Positions 1 through 9,200 of a stretch of 28,377 bases of DNA are shown here, in pieces. Source of the stretch: Batkoa obscura (lineage: Eukaryota); contig JASVEC010000021.1 of the NCBI GenBank assembly GCA_030770535.1, positions 868,001 through 896,377 of the forward strand, given 5' to 3'. The position numbers were made by a program, and so were the translations under genes. Under the pieces are notes generated by a model. That model worked only from the letters and a program-made list of their open reading frames with translations, had not been told where the DNA came from and did not search any database. Position 1 is the stretch's first letter; each line of letters starts with the position of its first letter.

Positions 1-169
1 ACGACATATATATAATATAATGCACTTTATAAATCAATAAAGTTTATTCCACAAAAAATGTAAACCTTCGTAATACCGACAAAAATTAAAATTAAAATTA
101 CAATGTTTAATTCGAATCAGATCCACCCATAGAATCAACCTAAAACATGCATAAAAAGACCCTAAACAT

Positions 170-991
170 TTAATCAATAGAATGGTCATCTAAGCTAGAA
201 GCGGTATCGCTTATAGGGGAAGAAAGGGTAGCTCCAGTGAGATCTTTAATAATAGGAAAAACGATTTCATTAGATAACCTGTTTTGAGCCCACGAGGTAA
301 GTTTTAATAGGGTAGGTAATTTAGGTTCTTTATTTAAAGCTTGAGCAGCTAAGATAGCTCCATTAAGTTCTGAAGCCATCTTTAATCTTTGAGAATAATC
401 TAATAATTCAATATGTGGGTTATCTTCCGTTTTAAAACATAATAAAGTCATAGCTCTTTCTAACTTTTTTAATAAATGCTGATTTTCTTCTCCACGTGCT
501 GCTAGTTCATTTTGGGAAAATTCTAAGGCTTGTTTATCTTTTCGTTCTTTGATCATCTCAATAAATTTTTGTAGTTGTAAATGAAAAAATAAATCTGGGT
601 TGGTATCTAATATCTTTATAATTTTTAGCAAATCTATCAACTTTTTATACTCATAATTAAAAAAAGATTACCTCTGGATTAATATCGTTGGTCCTTTCAA
701 TAGCTTCGTCAACATTCCCAGCTTGAATAGCGTTTCTTATTCTCATGCGTTCATCAATAGAGCCAAAATCGAGTTCTGATGCTATACTTGCTTCTTGAGA
801 AAAGGATTCAGCTGCATCTCTGTATCCTTCGATTACTAAATAATCCATAATTAACCGGTTAAGATCACTAACCTTTTAATATCATTTTTATCTATGATAA
901 AAAATTACTCTTACTTTTTAGAAACATCTACTTGGTTAATCAATTGCTTCCATTCTTCTACACTTATCTTCTTTTTTTCTAGTTCACCCAT
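170..991 (-). CDS. GID8: GID/CTLH E3 ligase complex subunit GID8/TWA1-like (LisH-CTLH-CRA); exons 991-915, 867-672, 613-170; 238 aa
   Basis: Two GT-AG introns (914-868, 47 nt, GTAAGA..TAG; 671-614, 58 nt, GTAATC..AAG with a GCTAA branch-like motif) join the ORF fragments in frame (77+196+444=717 nt). The product reads MGELEKKKISVEEWKQLINQVDVSKNDLNRLIMDYLVIEGYRDAAESF (LisH), ERMRIRNAIQAGNVDEAIE..NPEILDTNPDLFFHLQLQKFIEMI (CTLH), and LERAMTLL..SQRLKMASELNGAIL..PKLPTLLKL..WAQ (CRA). Confidence 0.92.
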
Positions 992-1809
992 ACTTAATTT
1001 ATGTAATTTTTACTATTTGATTGATGAAAAATGCTTTGTTGGCATCATTATTAAATTTTATTTTGTAACTTAGTAAACAAATTTTGGGTCAATCATTGAT
1101 TATTAACTTATCTCAATATTTTTACTTTTTGTAAAAATATGGTTGGTTTAAAGACTGCAAATTCATTAAAAGAAACTTTGATCGAATTCTGCAAAAGAAA
1201 AAAACGGATAGTGGAGTTAGTCTAAAATTTATCTCCAACAATATCTTTTAAAAGGATTTAAAATGCCCCCCCTATCACTTCATCATAAAAATAAATGCAA
1301 CTATTATTCTTAGTTTTATATTTTATAGTATTAAACTAACAATATTCAAAAGCCTATAATATTATATAATAATAGGATAAAATAGGCTAAATACCAAATT
1401 AACTTATAACTTTCTCCATATATGCAATTATAACTTATAATTTATTGAAAATTATGCAAAGATCCTTAATGATGGGATTTATTTAAAAGATAAATAAAAT
1501 TCTGGAAAGGAGAAGAGAAAGCTAAGAGAATTAGAAAGAAACTTTAATGCTTAATAAAAGAATTAACTGGGTTCCAGCTTCTAACATTTGAGAATGGCGC
1601 CACTATCGGAAAGGATGGCTTGAATCTGATAAAAAACAATTGAGTATAATTTGTTTTAAAATTAAATTAAAGACAAAATACATATCAAGTATGATAAATA
1701 ACACTAGCAATAAACATTACAAGGGAATAAAAATTTTATTTTACAAAAGAATGACTTTTTTTTTAAGTATAAACACTTTTAAGGTAAATTTCTAAATTTC
1801 TAGATTTTT

Positions 1810-3582
1810 TTAGTGCCTCAAAAGATCTTTACCATTTACAATTTGGGGACTACCAATAACTTGCATATCGATACGAAGATAGCGTTCATCAGTAGAATAA
1901 GAGCCAGAATCTTCTCTCCATGGCGTAAGCACAGAAAACATAGTAGGTTTCTCACATAACATATCCTTGGATGATAAATCTTCTGAATTATTACCTTGAC
2001 GTGGAATAAATGAACGAATAGTAGATGCATAAAGGTAAGCTATCTTGGACTCTTGAGCAAATGGTATAAGATCTGTTATTTTATTTGGCTTTTGTTCCTG
2101 TTCCATATTATTGGCCTCAACAGGTGCTTGACATATCTCTTCCTTCTTTTTGTTTTGATAGTTACGGTTGACATAACTGAATAATTCTTGGGTATTGGTT
2201 TCTTTTTTTAATTGTTGTTGAACTGAAAATACATGACTAATGACCATATCACTAGCTCTAGTGCTTAATTCTGGGTAATGGTATTGTGGGGTACCATCTG
2301 GATGACGTACACTATAGCTTGGTTTCACTTGGGCTTTGGTAGCTAATTCACTAATAACACGTTCAGTTAAAATTGGCTCATTACTGGGTAAAGTTATACT
2401 GGAATTATAATGATTGCTCACCGTGGGGTAAGAAAATAGAACAAATGAAAAGAAAAATAACATAAAAATTACATTTACCGATTTTTGGGATGATCCTTTT
2501 TCACTTTCAAAAATTTCCATGGCATGCGTACCAGTTTCACTACCAGCATGCATATCTTCTTGTTGATGTACTTGGATCGATTGTAAACTAGGTAAATTTG
2601 TATGTGTTGGGTTACCACCAAGTGAAAGTACCATAAGTTCTAATTCTTCGATGCGTGATTTTAAATGAGCATTTTCAACATTGAGACGATTGTTTTCATT
2701 TTCAAGTTGAATCACCTGTTCACGTTTACGTTTACGAGAATTAAGTGCTGCAGCACGATTCTTTATTAAGCGTTCCTGTCTCTTTGTTAAGGCCATTTGA
2801 CGTGCATTATCCTCTGGTTGTTTAACCGGTACATAAGGGCTTTCAAGAGTGGCTTCTTGTGGTTCAAGTTTTACCATTCCATTTTTAGGTTGTGGTACTG
2901 GTACATAAATTTTAGATTCAACTGGTCCAGGTTTAGGAGCAATGATTACAGGCATTTTATTCAGAGTGGCATAAGCGTTGCGAATTGGATGGAAATCTGA
3001 TTTTGTTTTTTTCTTTTGCTTACTTTTACCGGATTCGGCTTTTCTTGTATTTTTACTGGTTGATTTTGAGGATAGCGGTTCCGAATTATTTTGAGAAGAA
3101 GGGGAGTCATTGGAGCCATGAGATTGTTGGTTAGTAGAAAAATCTTTAGCACAATAAATTTGTTGGAACATGGGCATCATCATTGAGTTTTCTAATATTG
3201 GATCCATTTTGTTAATAGGATTTACTTTACTAGAAAGCTCTGGAACTAAACCATTATTTACTGGGAAAGAGTCCACGAGACCTAATTGACAAACGCTATT
3301 CCATTCTTCTAATGTTAAAGCAGAAGTAGGTAGAAGTGTTGGTGTTGTTAAAGAATTAGATATCCAAGAGGAAGGAGAAGTACTGTTATGGTTTAATTCA
3401 GGGGAATGAGAAGCTTGATTACCAAAGTTTGTACTAAAGTCATTAACGCTATTCATATTTAATTGCGAAGAAAAGGTATTTGGAGAAGGAATAGAGTTAT
3501 TTTCAAAAGAATCTAAAAACATATCTTGATTAACAAAGGCCTCAAAGTTGTCTTCATCGGTATGGAAGCTAACTGGATTCAT
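1810..3582 (-). CDS. Membrane-anchored bZIP transcription factor, ATF6/CREB3-like architecture, 590 aa
   Basis: Uninterrupted ORF. It has an acidic Ser/Asn-rich N-terminus, a basic region KRQERLIKNRAAALNSRKRKRE followed by a leucine zipper (LENENNRLNVENAHLKSRIEEL, ~2783-2635), one hydrophobic segment VIFMLFFFSFVLFSYP (2472-2425), and a ~200-aa C-terminal domain. Confidence 0.88.
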   Translation of the reverse strand: MNPVSFHTDEDNFEAFVNQDMFLDSFENNSIPSPNTFSSQLNMNSVNDFSTNFGNQASHSPELNHNSTSPSSWISNSLTTPTLLPTSALTLEEWNSVCQLGLVDSFPVNNGLVPELSSKVNPINKMDPILENSMMMPMFQQIYCAKDFSTNQQSHGSNDSPSSQNNSEPLSSKSTSKNTRKAESGKSKQKKKTKSDFHPIRNAYATLNKMPVIIAPKPGPVESKIYVPVPQPKNGMVKLEPQEATLESPYVPVKQPEDNARQMALTKRQERLIKNRAAALNSRKRKREQVIQLENENNRLNVENAHLKSRIEELELMVLSLGGNPTHTNLPSLQSIQVHQQEDMHAGSETGTHAMEIFESEKGSSQKSVNVIFMLFFFSFVLFSYPTVSNHYNSSITLPSNEPILTERVISELATKAQVKPSYSVRHPDGTPQYHYPELSTRASDMVISHVFSVQQQLKKETNTQELFSYVNRNYQNKKKEEICQAPVEANNMEQEQKPNKITDLIPFAQESKIAYLYASTIRSFIPRQGNNSEDLSSKDMLCEKPTMFSVLTPWREDSGSYSTDERYLRIDMQVIGSPQIVNGKDLLRH

Positions 3583-5258
3583 ATTTAATGAACTATTTTT
3601 TTATATAATTAAAATTTTAAAATAAATTATTAGAAAGAAATTGAGATGATTCTACTCTGTTCATTTAAATAGCATTGTTCTTTCAGACTTAAGCATTTGA
3701 CTATGTAATTCCAAATTTCCTGGGGAAATTCAAAATTTATAGAGTAACCTTAATTTCATTTCATTTATTACGCTATAAACTGAACATGAATGGCTTATTT
3801 GAGCCATTGATGAAAATGATTGGTAACTAAAAAAATTACTCGATTACTAAATATATAAATCATGTGCCCACTGACCTTAAACGCAATTTAATAAAAAAGC
3901 AGAAATAGTAAAATATTGATTGATGATTGGCTAATCTCAATTACAAGATGTTTTGCAATTAATAAAGTGGTGAAAGATAACAATATTATTGTACGTATTT
4001 ATAACCATTGAGAATAGAAGTTAATTATAGAAAGAGTGGCATAGCAAATTGTTATTAATAAATTAAATCTGATTAATTAATGATTATTATGACATTGTTT
4101 TGGATATGTTTATTAATATAAATATTATATAATACATTAAAATATCATTACTTTTTATGATTGCTATTAAATTAGGTTTAAAAATCAATTTTAGTTTATT
4201 TGGTTTCAAAGCCACTCATCTTTTTAGCTGCATAATGGTTGAATTCCTTTCAAACCTTAAATCAAACTTTAAATGAGATTCCATTTTATTTGTGCTGTTT
4301 CTAAATTTAGAAAAGTCTCTAATATTTTATAAATGTTCAATTATAAAATTTCAAAATTCAACACTAAATAGCCTAAAAAAACCAAGAACATGAAAAAATG
4401 ATATGAAAATAAGGATATTAGTTAAGAATTCAATAATATTTTATTAGTTCATTTTTGATCTGTGTGAGAAAAGTTATTCTTTTGTAATATGGAACTTTTA
4501 TTGTCAGTTTATTTTATTAATAAATAAAAATAAAAAATAAAAAATAAATAAAATAGAATATTTGTATATAAACTTATTATTTATTTCATTTCAATCTTAC
4601 TCTTTATGCTTACGTTTGAGTTTTGAACCCCTTTTTTAATGTTTTAAACAACAATCAAAATTATAAATAGAAATTCAAGAAATTGCCAAGTGTTGAATAA
4701 TATTTTAAAATTAATGAACATGAATGATCTTAAAAATCAAACTCCTGAAATTTGCTTCAACATTAAAGTATTCTACTTATAATTAAACTGAAACTATCAT
4801 TCTTTACTATTGAATTAAAATTGTTTAATATTTTATTAAAATATAGATCATAATGAAATGTTATGTGAATAGTGTGATTATTTTATATGCTAAATTTTAG
4901 ACTGATAATACCATGAAATTATAGTAAATCAGTTGATATGTCAGTAGTAATTATATTCATTTGAAATTCGCTTTTTTATATGTAATACTAATCTCAATTA
5001 AGTAGAATTGCAATTATTATCATTAAACTATTGGTAACATCGAATATTTTACAATTACTTAATTTCATTATAAAATAAAGAATATTAATATTGTTTACGC
5101 TACAAATCATAAATTGAAACAATTAATCCATCTAACAGAGTTCTATTAAGACCCTATAAGTTTTTATAAACATATGTATTATTTTGGTTTAAATATATTA
5201 GAAAAACTTGTAAAGAAATTGATTAAAGAGCTTATTAAGTTTGATTTAAATGATATAT

Positions 5259-5349
5259 GGGAATGTAGTTTTGTAAGAATTTTACTAACAATTTTTCCGC
5301 TCAAATAGCATTTAAAAGATGGAAAAAGTGAAGTCAGAAAAACATCCTC
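5259..5349 (+). mobile_element. MITE family copy A (91 bp, internally shortened)
   Basis: Ends GGGAATGT..ACATCCTC, flanked by ATAT on both sides (5255-5258, 5350-5353). The core TTTTTCCGCTCAAATAGCATTTAAAAGATGGAAAAAGT is shared with the other copies. Confidence 0.85.
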
Positions 5350-5462
5350 ATATATTAAGTTATTTTTAATGTTTATATTAATTATAAAATTCAGTATTAG
5401 TTTTATAGATTCATTTATTTGTTATGTCCAACTATTATTTTAATCATTAAATTATGAGATTT

Positions 5463-5502
5463 TGTCAATATTAAAATAATAAAACGGATTTTAATATTGA
5501 CA
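5463..5502. repeat. Perfect 15-bp inverted repeat (hairpin)
   Basis: TGTCAATATTAAAAT (5463-5477), a 10-nt spacer, then ATTTTAATATTGACA (5488-5502). Imperfect pairing extends about 10 bp further on each side. Confidence 0.8.
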
Positions 5503-5625
5503 GTTTCTTATAACTTAAACTTTAAAAAATCATATTAATAATAACTTATTATTTATACTAGTTATAATAAATTGATTGAATAGGTTGATATTTTGGGAGT
5601 CGTTTTAAACTATAATTGATCATAT

Positions 5626-5723
5626 GGGGATGTATTTTTTCGTTTAAGAATTTTGCTAATAATCTTTCCACTTAAGTAGTACTTAAAAATGGAAAAAGTA
5701 ATGAAGACAAAAAAAACATCCCC
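5626..5723 (+). mobile_element. MITE family copy B (98 bp)
   Basis: Perfect TIR GGGGATGT..ACATCCCC, with ATAT on both sides (5622-5625, 5724-5727). Confidence 0.9.
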
Positions 5724-5827
5724 ATATTTTTTTCTGAAAAATATGAGGCCATAGTTTAGATATAATAGTTAAGTACAATTGAAACATAATGAGCTTTTAC
5801 TTATGTGCTATAATTTTATTATAGCAT

Positions 5828-5926
5828 GAGGATGTATTTTTGTGTTTAGGGATTTTACTAATAATTTTTCCACTTAAATAACGCTTAAAAGATAGAAAAA
5901 GTGATGAGGCAAAAAAAAACATCCCC
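5828..5926 (+). mobile_element. MITE family copy C (99 bp)
   Basis: Ends GAGGATGT..ACATCCCC. Flanks are GCAT/ATAT (TSD not intact). The interior is colinear with copy B. Confidence 0.85.
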
Positions 5927-6251
5927 ATATAGTATAATTATAACTCTATAATAGTTAAAAAAGAATGTATTCTTTAAAATAAAATGTAATTATTAATATT
6001 AGTTTCTATTATTGAATCAGTGCATTGTACTAAATATTTGTAATTTATCAAATGTTATTGATGAAGATGATATACAATTAAAAATCAAAGTTGCTTTGAT
6101 TATCATTATTATCATTAAACTTAAACTTAAATGGTCAAAAACTAGCTAAATCTAATAATGATTAAACTAATAAAATATTAAAACAATTCATAAATAAATC
6201 AAAAAACTTTAAAAAAGTGCTAAATTTATTGATTCATAAAATACTTTTTGC

Positions 6252-9200
6252 TTAAGCAGCGGTAATACCTACTCCTCTTTGAGCAAATTGATGTTGAGAA
6301 ACATTAGATTTAACTTTGACCACAAACAATAGATCGGATCTATCCACATTGAGATACACTGGTAACTCCACTAAATTCTCTTCATCACTCTCCTTATCTT
6401 CCTTTTTATTCTTCCATCTTAATGAAGTAAACTGTACTTTTTGTTGTAACAATTTAGAAGGTAACATACTCTTGTCGGATAAATTTAATTCCCCACCTTC
6501 TAATTTTAATTCTTTAATTATAAAACAATCTGAATTGGTATTGTCTTCTCCTAAATAAACATCTAATACTAAATCTTCTAAAGACCAATTATTTCTTTGT
6601 GCAGCTACTTGACGAGTAGCGGTGATATAAGCTTCGGGTATAAATAAACCACCAATCCAAATTTTTAATGTAGCTAAATCTGTTTCAGTACCTGCTGAAG
6701 CAATCTCCTCCAGTTGTGATAACCTTTTACGGAAATCGGTAATCCAATTGGATACTGAATAAATCATTGGTACTTTGTATATTTTCCATTTGATTGGTAT
6801 ACTACCTTTATTGAGATCGCTTAATAATTGACGTAAATGATTGGTTTGTTTGATTTCACCACGGCATAAGGATAATATACTATTTAAATCAGATCTTACT
6901 GAGTTTAACAAAGAATATCCAATCGAATTTTCTCGATCAAATACACGGAATAGTGGGTTGGTCGAACTCTTTGGTGTACTTGGTAATAAAGATAATTTTT
7001 CAGGTAATAATTTAAGCCAAGATTCAGCAGAAGTAGCAATAGCTCGCATCCAAGCAGGTATTTGAATAGAGGTTGATTCTGTTTCATTGGATTTAATATT
7101 ATTAATCAAATCTTCAGAATCATCATCTACCATACTCTTCATTCTTCTTACGTTATTAATAAATGTATTTCCTTTTTGAGTTAATAATACTTTTTGAGCA
7201 TTACTTGGCAAACCCAACCAATTAGGGGGTTCAACATCGGGTAATTTATTACACCAATTAATAAATTGATCTAATTTAATAGCATCGGGTATAACTAATG
7301 GTGTTGTATTCTCTTCATATTTTTTAACTAATTCAAATTCTAAGTTATAACTGTCCTTTGTAAATATTGTATTAACAAAGGAATCTAGTAGTTTTTGATC
7401 AAATTCATTATCAATTTTACCCCCATAAACAGATTGGGCTAATAATGTACAAATTGCATCAAATGGTATTTTTTCAGGTGATAAATTACTTCTTCCTTTA
7501 GCTACACTATCCAACCAATTGTCTATTGTGGCTAATCCACAATTTAAATCGGCATCATTAAATTCATATATTTTGGACCAACCAAGGGGTACATAACGTA
7601 AACGTTCCTGTACAATAGCGTGAATCCAAGATACCAAGAAGTAAAGGCGGGATCTTTCAACAGGTCCATTTTCCAATTTAGATATATTAATTGATTTAAG
7701 AGATTCTTGTAAATTAGCTTTAATACCTGGCGGTGGTTCAAATAATAATACTCGAGACATACGTAATAAATTAACTGGTACTTTAGGATTTGTTTCCATT
7801 GTTAAAAATAATCGAAAGTTATTATGCGGTTTGAGACTATGCAATTTCTTTTCTAATTGTCCTAACCAAGATGGAGCTAAATGAACATTTTTTAATAAAA
7901 CCCATGTACCATTCTTTACTGCGTTAGTAATTGCTTGATCTGCTAATGAAAAGCCCTCAGCTGATCCCATTGCTACTGAGGTACAACGAGTAGACATTAT
8001 AGAAGCTAAATTATCTACTCTATTACTAGCATCATAACCAGGAATAGAACAAAGGGCAATTGGAGTAGGTGCTTTAACTTCGTTTAAAGTTAACTTTTTG
8101 AAATCTAATTCAATATCACCAAAGAACCTTGGTCCAAATACTTTTTCAACAAACAAAATTGAAGAAGATATTAATTGATCTGGATGAATACATTTAATTA
8201 CTAACAGCTTTTTAAATGTAATTTGAATTGGACTTAATTGAATTTCAGTCGACCAGCATTCAGGTACATTATTCAAATCGCCATTGTAATCAAATACAAA
8301 TGATTTCCATAGTTCTTCATTGTTAGCTGCATGAATTGCTAAATTACTAAATGAATCTAATTGCATCAAATCTGATAATGAATGAATCATATCCTCTGTA
8401 AATATATCTGTAGATAAACCTGAGTTTGTATGTTGATCGTTAATAGCTTCAATAGAACCAGTAAAAAAATTATATTCATTATCTTCAATTGGATGATTAA
8501 TGCTCTTCAAAAAGATATGAGTCAAGATAGTTGAAAAAGTCACATGGTCATCATGAAGTAAAGTTTGAGACACTCTTCTGAAACTCTCAATAAATAAATC
8601 CTTACTCAATATATTTAATCTTTCATTTTGATCTGTAATTCCAATCAAATTCTTGTTATCATTTAACACAAAATTAAAGATATCATAAAAGAAATCCAAT
8701 GAAAATTGATAAAAATGATGCAAAGAATGAATTTGATCAATAGCAAAAAAGATAGAACTACATGCTTGTGCTAATGGTGTAAAAGCAGCTGTAACTGCTT
8801 CTACTTCTTGAATTACAGTATCTGTTTCTTCTACTTTTCTAGCTACTTCTCCAGCTTCCCTTTTTAATGTTTCCAAAGTATCAATAACCGAATCGTCATC
8901 CAAAATATTACCTTTAGATTCACTTAAAGCAGCTAATAATGATTTTTCTAAATGACGTAAACGTAAACGATATTCTCCTTGAATTTTAATAATATCCGAT
9001 CGCTTCCTATCTGTTTCCGGACTTTCTGTTTTCAATACTTTATTTAAACATTGACTTTGTAAGGAACCTCTAGTTACTGTAAAATTAACAAAAGTAACAC
9101 GTGAACAAACATCAGGTGGGAAATTAACGGATGGATCACGGGTAGATAAAAACAAAGTAAAAGAAGGTGAAAAATCAATATCTTGTCCACCTAACCTTAT

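Noticed and set aside
2500..2570. Possible Ire1-type (HAC1/bZIP60) splice hairpins between bZIP and TM
   Set aside because: A GCATGC..GCATGC stem exists, but I see no twin stem-loops with CNG/NNG 7-nt loops.
1836..3152. Three short ORFs overlapping the bZIP gene
   Set aside because: Out-of-frame or antisense by-products with no independent support.
3805..3930. ERSE (CCAAT-N9-CCACG) autoregulatory element upstream of the bZIP gene
   Set aside because: Both CCAAT boxes lack CCACG at the N9 spacing.
5623..5726. Tc1/mariner (TA TSD) assignment for the MITE
   Set aside because: Copy D has ATAA on both sides, which fits a 4-bp duplication with GRG..CYC termini rather than TA.
5724..5756. Weak inverted similarity between the flank of MITE B and 23347-23379 near MITE D
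   Set aside because: About 33 bp, gapped and mostly A/T; not distinguishable from chance by eye.
5259..5926. CRISPR-like or tRNA/SINE interpretation of the clustered repeats
   Set aside because: Units are ~99 bp with TIRs and TSDs, irregularly spaced and dispersed. There are no cas genes, A/B boxes or cloverleaf.
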